From Candidatus Omnitrophota bacterium (GTDB taxonomy: Bacteria; Omnitrophota; Gorgyraeia; Duberdicusellales; Duberdicusellaceae), in NCBI GenBank assembly GCA_021163425.1, contig JAGGWS010000067.1:1-61633 (forward strand): a DNA stretch of 61,633 nt, given 5' to 3'. The notes beneath the pieces are model-generated. The model did not search any database. It saw only the letters and a list, made by a program, of their open reading frames with translations, and was not told the origin of the DNA. The translations under genes were made by a program, and so were the position numbers. Shown piece after piece: positions 18,837-27,644 of the stretch (positions within the stretch are counted from its first letter, which is position 1; every line of letters starts with the position of its first letter).

Positions 18837-19420
18837 CTTCTTTTTCTCTCTATATAATTTATAACCCCTACTAAAAACCCTAAGACTAAAAATGCTCCTG
18901 CTGGCAACACCATAACCACCCACTTTTCAAAAAAATCTCCTAATACCTTAATCCCAAAAATAGTTCCTGCTCCTAAGAGTTCCCGGAGAGAACCTAATAA
19001 TACCAGGCCCCACAAAAAACCTAAACTCACACCGAGTGAATCTAACAAAGCTAATTTAGGAGGATTCTTAGAAGAAAAAGCTTCAGCTCTTCCTAAAATT
19101 ATACAGTTAACTACAATTAAAGGCACATAAGGACCTAAGGCTTTACTTATTGAAGGAAAAAATGCTTTTAAGAACAAATCAGCTAAAGTAACAAAAGTAG
19201 CAATAATAATTGTATACACTGCTATCCTTACCTGGGGAGGAATAAATTTTCTGATTAAAGATACTATTCCTGAAGAAAAATTTAAAACAAAGATTATTGC
19301 TAACCCCATAGATAAACCATTTATTGCTGAAGTAGTAACAGCTAAAGTAGGACACATCCCCAACAACTGCTTAAATATTGGGTGATTTTCCCACAAGCCT
19401 TTTTTAAACACATTCTTCAT
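18833..19420 (-). CDS. rnfE: Rnf complex subunit E
   Basis: NPIFKQLLGMCPTLAVT, polytopic, paralogous to RnfA. Confidence 0.88.
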   Translation of the reverse strand: MKNVFKKGLWENHPIFKQLLGMCPTLAVTTSAINGLSMGLAIIFVLNFSSGIVSLIRKFIPPQVRIAVYTIIIATFVTLADLFLKAFFPSISKALGPYVPLIVVNCIILGRAEAFSSKNPPKLALLDSLGVSLGFLWGLVLLGSLRELLGAGTIFGIKVLGDFFEKWVVMVLPAGAFLVLGFLVGVINYIERKRR

Positions 19421-19956
19421 CTTTTCTTAAATTCCTTTCTTATTTGGTCTATCTTCTTATTTAAAATATTCACTACTGACCGCGAAGAAACTGTGGCTGC
19501 AGTAATAGCCTGAATCTGATTGGGAAGAGAAGGCTTTTTCTTTAAGTATTCTATTTTAGGTAAAACTCTAAGCCTTCTAAATTGCTGTTTAAACTCTCCA
19601 CTATCAATTTTAGCTCCTAAGCCCGGTGTTTCCTGATGAGAAATTATTTCTATGCCTAAAAGTTCTTCTAAATTAGGCTTAAGCCCAAAGAGGATTTTTA
19701 CTGGGCCCTGATAACCCTGGCCCTCAGCTAAAAAGATATAACCTAATAAATCACCTTCTTTATCAAATAGTTTATAATAATCTTTTACCTCTTCTATCTT
19801 CTCAGTTTGAGGAACTATAGTGAATATAGATTCTTCAATTTCTCTCTTTTCATTTTCAGCTATCCTCTTTTCAGCTAAAAGCTCAAAGAAAGATAAAGTT
19901 CCTGCTGAAAACACTGAGACTAAAGTTAATACTAAAACCACTCTTAAAGTCTTCAT
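19417..19956 (-). CDS. rnfG: Rnf complex subunit G (FMN-binding)
   Basis: N-terminal anchor. FMN attachment-type motif ITAATVSSRSV. Confidence 0.85.
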   Translation of the reverse strand: MKTLRVVLVLTLVSVFSAGTLSFFELLAEKRIAENEKREIEESIFTIVPQTEKIEEVKDYYKLFDKEGDLLGYIFLAEGQGYQGPVKILFGLKPNLEELLGIEIISHQETPGLGAKIDSGEFKQQFRRLRVLPKIEYLKKKPSLPNQIQAITAATVSSRSVVNILNKKIDQIRKEFKKR

Positions 19957-20879
19957 CTCCCTAGAGGTCTGGGTTTAGTAAGTCTGTTTATTAAGGGAGT
20001 AAAGCCGTTCATAATAAGAATTGAATACATAACTCCCTCAGGCAATCCCGAAAACTTCCTTAAAATTATTACCAAAAACCCACAAAACAACCCAAATAAA
20101 AACCTTCCTAATTTAGAGACAGGGGTAGTTACCGGGTCAGTAACCATAAAGAACATACCTAAAAGAGCACCTCCAGAAAAGAGGTGGAAAAGAATACTTC
20201 CCCCAAGAGGGTTAACCAAATAAAATATCCCGGAAAGAATACTCATTCCTAAAAACATCCCTAAAGGAGCCCGCCAATCAGCAATTTTTCTCATAATTAA
20301 GTACCCTCCTCCTAAAATTATGGCTAATGAAGAAGTCTCACCTAAACTTCCAGCTACATTTCCTAAAAATAAGTCTTTAAGAGGAGTAAATTCTTTAGAA
20401 AACTTCCATAAAGCTAAGGGGGTAGCTTTAGTTACTGCATCTAAACTAAAGGGCTCAACCCAGCTCGTAAGCATCACCGGAAAAGCAGCCATTAAAAAGG
20501 CTCTCCCTACTAAAGCTGGATTAAAAATATTCTGGCCTAACCCCCCAAAAACCTGCTTACCTAAAATTATAGAAATTACTCCTCCTAAGAAACCTACCCA
20601 AAGAGGAAGCTTAGGGGGTAAAACCAAAGCTAAAAGAATCCCCGTAATTACAGCTGAATAATCTCTAAGAGAAGAAGGTTTTTTTCTCAACCGCATCCAA
20701 ACTTCTTCAGATATAACAGCTCCCAATAAGCAACTGATAATCAAAAAAACTGCTCTTATTCTAAAAAATATAATTGAAGCTAAGATAACTGGGGCCAACC
20801 CAATTAAAACCTCCTTCATTAACCAAGGAATACCATAGTCAGCCTTCTTATGGGGACTTACTTCTACTATTAACTTCAT
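19953..20879 (-). CDS. rnfD: Rnf complex subunit D
   Basis: Polytopic. FMVTDPVTTP motif typical of RnfD/NqrB. Confidence 0.88.
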   Translation of the reverse strand: MKLIVEVSPHKKADYGIPWLMKEVLIGLAPVILASIIFFRIRAVFLIISCLLGAVISEEVWMRLRKKPSSLRDYSAVITGILLALVLPPKLPLWVGFLGGVISIILGKQVFGGLGQNIFNPALVGRAFLMAAFPVMLTSWVEPFSLDAVTKATPLALWKFSKEFTPLKDLFLGNVAGSLGETSSLAIILGGGYLIMRKIADWRAPLGMFLGMSILSGIFYLVNPLGGSILFHLFSGGALLGMFFMVTDPVTTPVSKLGRFLFGLFCGFLVIILRKFSGLPEGVMYSILIMNGFTPLINRLTKPRPLGR

Positions 20880-20880
20880 C

Positions 20881-22191
20881 TTAAGTCTTATTAAGACTCT
20901 TAAGCTTTTCTTTACCAGCCTTAATATAATTCACCAGAGGTATTTTAGCTGGACAAACAAATGCACAACTTCCGCACTCAATACAATCAGAAATATAGAA
21001 TTCTTTTAATTCTGACCATAATCCTTTTTTAACCAGACGGACGAACTCTAAAGGAAGTAAATTCATAGGGCAAATATCTACACACCGACCGCATTTGATA
21101 CAGTTAGATTCTTCTCTTAAATCTAAGTCCTCCCCAGTTAAAAATAAAACTCCAGAGGTAGTCTTAATAATAGGGTAGTCTAAAGAATCTAAGGCTATCC
21201 CCATCATTGGCCCGCCAAAAATAACTTTCTCAGGCTCCTTCTTGAATTTGAGAATTTCTCTTTCCACTAATTCTTCCAGAACTGTGCCAATCCTTATTAA
21301 GAGATTTTTAGGTTCTTCTAAAGCTGAACCAGCAAAAGTAACTATCCTTTCTATTAAGGGCTTATTAAAATAGACAGCTTCATAAACAGAAAAACAAGTA
21401 CCTACATTCTGAACTACACATCCTACATCAAAAGGTAAACCTCCTGAAGGAACTTTTCTCCGGGTAAGTCTATAAATCAATTGCTTCTCAGCACCCTGAG
21501 GATAAAAACTTTTTAAAACTACAACTTCTGCAGAAGGAAGGGCATATTTTTTAGTGTGGAGCTTGGAATTAAATCTTTTTACCGCCTCAAGTTTATTATC
21601 CTCAATAGCTATGTAAACCTTATTTACTTGTAAAATTTTAGCTATTACCTCTATACCTTTTAAGATGCTTTCAGTGTGCTCAATCATTAACCGGTAATCA
21701 CAGGTTAAATAAGGTTCGCACTCACAACCATTAACTATTAAAGTATCTACCTTCTTGGAAGGAGAAAGTTTCACATAAGTGGGAAACCCTGCTCCTCCTA
21801 AGCCCACCACTCCTGAGTTTCTTATCAGGGAAATAAGCTCAGAACTCTCCATATTTTTCACCTGCTCCTCTCCTCTAATATAAGGAGGCTCGAACCTCTC
21901 CGAGGAATTTTTTTCCGCTGAAATTATTACAACTTTAGCCTTTTTTAGAACAGGATGATTGTATATTCTGATATCTTTAACTTCTCCAGAAACAGAAGCG
22001 TGAATAGCTGAACTTATAAAAGAAGAGGGTTCTGCTAAAATTTCGCCCAGTTTAACCTTATCTTTAACTTTCACCAAAAGCTTAGGTAAGCTGCCTGTAT
22101 GCTGAGATAAAGGGATAACTACTTTTTGAGGCAAAACCTTTTGAGTATAAAAATTTTTTTGAGGGCCTTTTTCTTCCTCTATTCTAAGCAC
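20881..22191 (-). CDS. rnfC: Rnf complex subunit C
   Basis: GLGGAGFPT nucleotide-binding motif. Two 4Fe-4S motifs, CIKCGRCVDICP and CIECGSCAFVCP. Confidence 0.9.
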   Translation of the reverse strand: MLRIEEEKGPQKNFYTQKVLPQKVVIPLSQHTGSLPKLLVKVKDKVKLGEILAEPSSFISSAIHASVSGEVKDIRIYNHPVLKKAKVVIISAEKNSSERFEPPYIRGEEQVKNMESSELISLIRNSGVVGLGGAGFPTYVKLSPSKKVDTLIVNGCECEPYLTCDYRLMIEHTESILKGIEVIAKILQVNKVYIAIEDNKLEAVKRFNSKLHTKKYALPSAEVVVLKSFYPQGAEKQLIYRLTRRKVPSGGLPFDVGCVVQNVGTCFSVYEAVYFNKPLIERIVTFAGSALEEPKNLLIRIGTVLEELVEREILKFKKEPEKVIFGGPMMGIALDSLDYPIIKTTSGVLFLTGEDLDLREESNCIKCGRCVDICPMNLLPLEFVRLVKKGLWSELKEFYISDCIECGSCAFVCPAKIPLVNYIKAGKEKLKSLNKT

Positions 22192-23437
22192 TCTTTACCC
22201 CTTTTACCAGGATTAACCCCGAAATAAAGATTCCTATTATACCAACCAAAATAATAATTGAAAAGGGTGAATATATCTCCGCTAATAAGGAAGTAATAAA
22301 CATAAAAATAAGGAAAGAAAAATACATAACTATTTCTAAACTGCTAAAAATTCTTCCCCAGAAATTACCCTTACTATTCTTATGGATCAGGGAATTTACT
22401 CCAATAACTATAGGTGAAATTAATCCTCCTAAAATAAAAGAAAACAGACAAACTAAAATTCGAGAAGGAAAAAACCTTAAACTTACCACAAAACTCAAAA
22501 GGAAGAGATTACTTAAAAAAAACATAAAACTGATAGTGTTATTAAGAGAAAATTTAGGAGCTATTCTTCCATAGATTAAAGAGCCTAAAAAAAGTCCTCC
22601 TCCCAAGAAAACCGCTAAAAATCCTAAATCTTTAGTGGCGGTATTGAGGGTTTCCTGGATAAAGACTATAAACACTACGTATAAAGCTCCTAAAGAAGAA
22701 AATAAAAGGCTAAAGGCTTTGATACTAAAAATAGTACTCTCCTTAGAGAGCAAGTATTTTATCCCTTCTTTAAATTCTCTAAATAAAGACTCCTCTACCC
22801 TTATTAAATCTCTTCCCATTTCTAAAATATCTTCTTTTTTAAATGCTCCCTTGGGTTTGGTAGCTATAAAAATTATAAATAGAGCGGAGAGGAAAAAGGT
22901 TATACTATCTATAATAAAACCTCCCTGAGCTCCCCATCTTTCTACAATTAAACCTCCTGCTCCAAACCCTAAGACAGCAGCCACATTAGCAGTAATAGAA
23001 ACTAAAGAATTAGCCATAAAAATATCTTCTTCTCTTACCAAAGAAGGTATTATAGACATTTTTGCCGGAATAAAAAACCTCCCCACACAGAAAGTTAAAA
23101 ATATAAGAAGGTATAAAGGAATAAAATTTTTAAGAAAAGGTACATATAAAGCTAAACCCAGCACAATCAAACCCCTTAATAAATCGGAAATATACATACA
23201 TTTACGCTTATCCCACCTATCTACATAGACTCCAGCTAAAGGATTTATTAAAAATACAGGTAATATAGTAAAGAACATAACTTTAGCCAACCCTAAAGAA
23301 CTTGCTCCTATCTTAGAATAGACTAATCCTACCAAGGCAATCTGGGTTAGCCTATCCCCAAACTGAGAGATAAGCTGAGCTAACCATAAAAAAAAGAAAT
23401 TCCTGTTTTTTAGGACCTTAAAATATGTTTTTATCAT
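22184..23437 (-). CDS. MFS transporter
   Basis: 417 aa, about 12 TM. N-terminal NFFFLWLAQLISQFGDRL is typical of MFS exporters. Overlaps the rnfC start by 8 nt and starts 13 nt after tRNA-Thr. Confidence 0.75.
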   Translation of the reverse strand: MIKTYFKVLKNRNFFFLWLAQLISQFGDRLTQIALVGLVYSKIGASSLGLAKVMFFTILPVFLINPLAGVYVDRWDKRKCMYISDLLRGLIVLGLALYVPFLKNFIPLYLLIFLTFCVGRFFIPAKMSIIPSLVREEDIFMANSLVSITANVAAVLGFGAGGLIVERWGAQGGFIIDSITFFLSALFIIFIATKPKGAFKKEDILEMGRDLIRVEESLFREFKEGIKYLLSKESTIFSIKAFSLLFSSLGALYVVFIVFIQETLNTATKDLGFLAVFLGGGLFLGSLIYGRIAPKFSLNNTISFMFFLSNLFLLSFVVSLRFFPSRILVCLFSFILGGLISPIVIGVNSLIHKNSKGNFWGRIFSSLEIVMYFSFLIFMFITSLLAEIYSPFSIIILVGIIGIFISGLILVKGVKSA

Positions 23438-23450
23438 CCGCGAAGAAATT

Positions 23451-23522
23451 AGCCGGGAGAGGGATTTGAACCCTCAACCTGAGCATTACGAATGCCCTGC
23501 TCTACCTTTGAGCTATCCCGGC
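23451..23522 (-). tRNA. tRNA-Thr (anticodon CGU)
   Basis: Minus strand reads GCCGGGATAGCTCAAAGGTAGAGCAGGGCATTCGTAATGCTCAGGTTGAGGGTTCAAATCCCTCTCCCGGCT. Full cloverleaf: acceptor GCCGGGA/TCCCGGC, D stem GCTC/GAGC, anticodon loop TTCGTAA, T arm GAGGG-TTCAAAT-CCCTC. CCA is not encoded. Confidence 0.92.
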
Positions 23523-23532
23523 AATTAAAAAA

Positions 23533-23561
23533 ATTTTAACAGATTTAAAACTCCTACTCAA
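23533..23561 (-). promoter_or_regulatory. Putative sigma70-type promoter of tRNA-Thr (and possibly the downstream MFS-rnf operon)
   Basis: Minus strand TTGAGT(23561-23556)-N17-TAAAAT(23538-23533). The -10 element ends 10 nt before the mature tRNA 5' end. Confidence 0.5.
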
Positions 23562-23731
23562 GGTATTCTTAAGCTTAAAGAAAAAAGTGTTCCCAGATGA
23601 AGAGTTATGTAGAATAACAAGTTAACTTCAGCTGAAAGAGACTTATTGAAAACCACTAAGTGGGCAGAACTGGAAACTGGTAAAAATTCAGTCAACCCCT
23701 GAATTACTCCTAAGATTATATATTTAATCAT
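23558..23731 (-). pseudogene. uppP: Undecaprenyl-diphosphatase (UppP/BacA) 5' remnant, 57 codons
   Basis: Manual translation: MIKYIILGVIQGLTEFLPVSSSAHLVVFNKSLSAEVNLLFYITLHLGTLFSLSLRIP*. It carries the UppP N-terminal signature GLTEFLPVSSSAHL and HLGTL, but stops after about 57 of an expected roughly 270 aa. Only about 35 nt remain before tRNA-Thr. Confidence 0.6.
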
Positions 23732-23741
23732 TGTTTAAAAG

Positions 23742-24878
23742 TTAAAGCAGTTCGCGGGCTACATAATCAGCAAGAAGAAAGCCTTTTTTAGTAAGCCTCA
23801 ACCCATAAACCTGGGAATTCTTCCTCTTTAAAGCTACTAATTTTCTCTTTAACAGTTCTTCTAAGAAGGCTCTATCTTCTATCTCCAAGAAATCAAATCC
23901 TGTAGCTTTCTTAAACTCAGCAAAGTCTATACCCTTTCTCCTTCTTATATTTAACACAGCGGTCTCTTTAGCCTTCTGTAAAGGGTTTAAGCTTTCCTCC
24001 CCAGCAAAAACTCCTCTCTCCGGCCTGACTTTAGCTATGTATTCATAAACATCATCAATATATTTCTTCCTTACTCCTTTAATATAACTTACTGCTGAAG
24101 GCCCTAACCCTAAATAAGAAGAATTAGCCCAGTAAGAAAGGTTGTGCCTACATTCATAACCTCGTTTAGAAAAGTTGGATACTTCGTACTGATAAAACCC
24201 TTTCTTCTCTAAAAAATCTAAAGCGTACTTATACATCTCTGCTTCCTCTTCAGAATTTAAAGGAGTAAATTCTTTATTTTTAAGTTTAAGAAATAAGGGG
24301 GTGCCTTCCTCGTAACTGAGCGAGTACAAAGATATATGGGTTATAGGTAGACTGACAGCTAATTTTAATTCTTTTTTCCAAAGCTTAAAATCTTTATTGG
24401 GAACTGCGTAGATTAAATCAATATTTATATTTTTAAATCCTTTTTTCTGAGCTAACTCTATTGCCTTAACTGCCTGTTGAGAATTATGAGCTCTTTGTAA
24501 AAATCTTAATACTTTATCTTCAAAAGATTGAACCCCTATACTTAATCTGTTTATTCCTAAATCTAAAAGGAGCTTTAATTTTCTTTCAGCCAGACTTTCA
24601 GGATTTGCTTCTAAACTTACTTCTTGGGTAGGCTTTAAATCCAAACTCTTAAGAAGCTTGGCTAGCAAATCTTCGGTTAAAACTGAAGGAGTACCTCCTC
24701 CAATGTAAACAGTAGAGAAGAGATATTCTTTTTTGAAATACTCTATCTGATTTATTAAGACTTTAATATAACTCTGGGCTAAGCTCTGGCTATACTCTAC
24801 ACTGTAAAAATCGCAATAAGCACACTTCTTCCTGCAAAAGGGGATGTGCAAGTAAAGAGGAATTTTTAAAAGAGGCAT
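23742..24878 (-). CDS. hemW: Radical SAM heme chaperone HemW / oxygen-independent coproporphyrinogen oxidase-like
   Basis: CxxxCxxC motif CRKKCAYCDF, GGGTPS, HemN-like C-terminal domain. 378 aa. Confidence 0.8.
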   Translation of the reverse strand: MPLLKIPLYLHIPFCRKKCAYCDFYSVEYSQSLAQSYIKVLINQIEYFKKEYLFSTVYIGGGTPSVLTEDLLAKLLKSLDLKPTQEVSLEANPESLAERKLKLLLDLGINRLSIGVQSFEDKVLRFLQRAHNSQQAVKAIELAQKKGFKNINIDLIYAVPNKDFKLWKKELKLAVSLPITHISLYSLSYEEGTPLFLKLKNKEFTPLNSEEEAEMYKYALDFLEKKGFYQYEVSNFSKRGYECRHNLSYWANSSYLGLGPSAVSYIKGVRKKYIDDVYEYIAKVRPERGVFAGEESLNPLQKAKETAVLNIRRRKGIDFAEFKKATGFDFLEIEDRAFLEELLKRKLVALKRKNSQVYGLRLTKKGFLLADYVARELL

Positions 24879-24904
24879 AATTCCAGAATTTAACGGAATC
24901 TTGA

Positions 24905-26185
24905 TTAAGAAGCTTTAGCCAGTTCAACTAACTTATAGATAAGTTCTCTTCCCAAGAATCTGCCCAAACTTCCCCTTTTAGCCTGCGACTCTCCAAAACT
25001 TTCAGTACTATCTTTAAAGTTTGGAGCAAAAATTAAAAGAGGAACAGGGTCAGAAGTATGAGCTTTAACTTTACAGACTGTGGAATGGTCAGCAGTTATA
25101 CAAATTACAAAATCTTCTTTGTTAATTTTAGATAAGAGATTTCTAAAGAAGTATTTGTCTATTAATTCTATTATTTCTTTCTTTTTTAAGAAATTTCCGT
25201 CGTGGGCCGGCTCATCAGGTCCTTTTATATGGATATATAAACCATCAAAATCTTTTATCTTTTCTAAGGCTAACTCTGCCCATAATTTATAATCTCTTGG
25301 TAAATCGCCAGAGGCAAGAGGCACATCTACTACTTCCATCCCTGACAATAAAGCTATACCTTTTTCTACTGGCATCTGGACAAAGCAACCAAAGTTTAAA
25401 CCGGTTGATTCTCTAACCGGCTTAAACTTAGGAAGGCAATCTCCAGCATCTCGCGAAAGGATAACATTAGCTAAGAGCTTTCCTTCTTCTCTTCTTTTTT
25501 TGTTTATCTCTGAAGCTTCTAAGACTTCCCTGGACTTTTTAGTGAACTCATTGAGAAGTTGGGCTGATAATCTTGCCTTTTCATCTTCTGAAAAACCTTC
25601 TATAGGTTCAGCTTCTTTCAAGAAAGGCTCAAAGCTCTCTAAAGCTACTCCAAACACCCCTTCTTTCTTGTAAGCAGGGTCAGTATTAGTGATATTTCCT
25701 GAGAGTTTTCCTTCTTTCTGAATAAGTAATACTCCTCTATGACCAATAGTATTCTTAAATATAAATTCTGCTCCTTCTAACTTAACTTTATCATTAATCT
25801 CTTTAGCTAATTGAACAGCTTCCTCAGTAGTTAAATTCCTTCCTACCCTTCTGTCTAAAATTTTCCAGGAGGCTTCTTCACAGGTAGCAAAATTAACTCT
25901 TAAAGCCAAATCTCCATCTTTAACCTCCAAACCTTCAGCAAAACACTCTAAAGGGCCTCTACCGGTATAGACTTCTTCTGCTGAATATCCCAAAAGAGAA
26001 ATCACTGCTATATCTGATTCTGGAGCCACTCCTTCTCTTACCGGGTAAACTATACCCTGAGAGCCTTCTTTAGCTAAGGAATCCATAAAAGGAGTATCTG
26101 CTGACTCTAAAGGGGTTTTGCCTCCTAATTCCTCTAAAGGTAAATCTCCTAAACCATCCAAAACAATATAAAAAACCTTCTTCAT
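24905..26185 (-). CDS. apgM: Cofactor-independent phosphoglycerate mutase, archaeal ApgM type
   Basis: MKKVFYIVLDGLGD...TPFMDSLA N-terminus and ADHST/metalloenzyme C-terminal region (ITADHSTVCKVKAHTSDPVP). SD AAGGAG. Confidence 0.8.
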   Translation of the reverse strand: MKKVFYIVLDGLGDLPLEELGGKTPLESADTPFMDSLAKEGSQGIVYPVREGVAPESDIAVISLLGYSAEEVYTGRGPLECFAEGLEVKDGDLALRVNFATCEEASWKILDRRVGRNLTTEEAVQLAKEINDKVKLEGAEFIFKNTIGHRGVLLIQKEGKLSGNITNTDPAYKKEGVFGVALESFEPFLKEAEPIEGFSEDEKARLSAQLLNEFTKKSREVLEASEINKKRREEGKLLANVILSRDAGDCLPKFKPVRESTGLNFGCFVQMPVEKGIALLSGMEVVDVPLASGDLPRDYKLWAELALEKIKDFDGLYIHIKGPDEPAHDGNFLKKKEIIELIDKYFFRNLLSKINKEDFVICITADHSTVCKVKAHTSDPVPLLIFAPNFKDSTESFGESQAKRGSLGRFLGRELIYKLVELAKAS

Positions 26186-26218
26186 CTTACTCCTTTCTTA
26201 ACTTTTCAAAGTTAAACT

Positions 26219-26246
26219 ATTTTAAAGGAAGGTAAAGTTTTGTCAA
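26219..26246 (-). promoter_or_regulatory. Putative sigma70-type promoter of apgM (leadered)
   Basis: Minus strand TTGACA(26246-26241)-N16-TAAAAT(26224-26219). About 33 nt to the ATG, including SD AAGGAG. Confidence 0.5.
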
Positions 26247-26382
26247 GATTAGTTTGTTGACCATAGTGTCAAGGAAATTGTGGACTTTTTATTTCATTGT
26301 TATACTTTTCTATCAAACTGGCCCCTTCAGCTTAAAATCAAATGTTAACAATTTATTTTGTCATATTTTTTCTAAGTGCCTT

Positions 26383-26590
26383 GTAACTTGACAAAATACT
26401 TTGAAAGTAAAATGTCAAGTTAGCGTAACTTGACAAAATACTTTGAAAGTAAAATGTCAAGTTAGCGTAACTTGACAAAATACTTTGAAAGTAAAATGTC
26501 AAGTTACGGCTATGTGTTACGTTAAAACGTATGAACGTGTGAACGTAAAAACGTGAGAACGTGAGAACGTATAAACGTGAGAACGTGACA
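26383..26590 (-). repeat. Mosaic repeat locus D: 9 octamers + three tandem palindromes (inverted relative to loci F/G)
   Basis: GTAACTTGACAAAATACTTTGAAAGTAAAATGTCAAGTTA units start at 26383, 26425 and 26467 (period 42). ACGT at 26519+8k for k=0..8. Confidence 0.9.
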
Positions 26591-26594
26591 GAAT

Positions 26595-27644
26595 CTAATG
26601 ATTTCGGGAAGAAGGAGGATAAGAAGTTGAATCCCCTATAATAAGCCGTGTAGGTAAAACCTTGGTTATTATTAGATTTGATTTAGAATTTATATTCTCC
26701 TCTAAAATCTTTAAAGCTTTCTTAACCATTTCAGCTAAAGGTTGTTCAATAGTAGTAAGAGTAAGTGGACCGTAAAGATACTGAGGGTTATTATCAAAAC
26801 CTACTACGGAAACTTCTTCAGGCACTCTAATCTTCTTTTCTAACAAATATAATACAACTTCATAAGCCATATCATCTGAAGCACAAAATACAGCTGTAGG
26901 TCTTAACTTTTGCTGAAAAAGAAAATCTATTGCCTTGCGAGCTTGAACTCTGGAGAAATTTCCTTCTTGAATAAAATAATCCGGCACGGTTATATCCACC
27001 TCTTTTAAGGCTCTCCTAAATCCAGCTAATCTTTCCTGAGCACATTGAGTATGGAGATCTCCTGTGATGTGAGCAATCTTTTTATGGCCTAACTCTATTA
27101 AGTACTTTGTAGCTTCAAATCCTCCCTGCTCATTATCTATAGCCACGAAACTCACTGGAGGTTCTTTTACTTTTTTATTAATCACTACACAGGGAACCCC
27201 TTCTTGAACTACTCTCTGAAACTGGATTTCGTTTCTAATTATATCTGCAAATACCACTCCTTCTACATAGTCGGAATTAAAATTATCCTTTTCCCAAAAA
27301 ATATGGAGGAACAAATCTTTCTTCAAAATTTCTAAATACAGACCCACTTCTCTTATTATCTCCTGAGCATAGTAAGAATAAAATATTCCTTCATAACCAG
27401 GGATAATTAAACCTATGGCTTCAAGTTTACCACCAGCAAGCTTTTGAGCAAATATATTAGGCTTATACCCTAATTTCCTTATAGTCTGCAATACTTTTAA
27501 TTTATTTTTTTCCTTTACTGAAAGAGAATTATTTAAGACTCGAGAGACAGTAGCTATAGAAACCCCCGCAGCCTCAGCTACATCTTTTATGGTAGGATAT
27601 TTCTTTTTCTTTAAAGATTTATTATCAGGGAGTGAACTTAACAA
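26595..27644 (-). CDS. LacI-family transcriptional regulator
   Basis: N-terminal HTH PTIKDVAEAAGVSIATVSRVLNN plus a periplasmic-binding-protein-like sugar-binding core. Confidence 0.88.
   Translation of the reverse strand: MLSSLPDNKSLKKKKYPTIKDVAEAAGVSIATVSRVLNNSLSVKEKNKLKVLQTIRKLGYKPNIFAQKLAGGKLEAIGLIIPGYEGIFYSYYAQEIIREVGLYLEILKKDLFLHIFWEKDNFNSDYVEGVVFADIIRNEIQFQRVVQEGVPCVVINKKVKEPPVSFVAIDNEQGGFEATKYLIELGHKKIAHITGDLHTQCAQERLAGFRRALKEVDITVPDYFIQEGNFSRVQARKAIDFLFQQKLRPTAVFCASDDMAYEVVLYLLEKKIRVPEEVSVVGFDNNPQYLYGPLTLTTIEQPLAEMVKKALKILEENINSKSNLIITKVLPTRLIIGDSTSYPPSSRNH

Noticed and set aside
18837-18923. 29-codon N-terminal extension of rnfA in the ORF track
   Set aside because: The extension overlaps the rnfE 3' end and is not RnfA-like. 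The conserved RnfA N-terminus begins at MRDLF (ATG 18836), with an ATGA stop/start overlap.
23451-23522. tRNA-Thr as the attachment site of a genomic island or prophage
   Set aside because: There is no integrase, no direct repeat of the tRNA 3' end, and no phage or mobile genes. The flanking genes (MFS, rnf, hemW) are housekeeping-like. Only the truncated uppP hints at a rearrangement.
26383-26507. Possible CRISPR array (regular 41-bp palindromic repeats; also at 1996-2126)
   Set aside because: Repeats are separated by only 1-5 bp linkers rather than unique 25-40 bp spacers. There are only three units, no cas genes in the window, and the same unit occurs singly at other loci.
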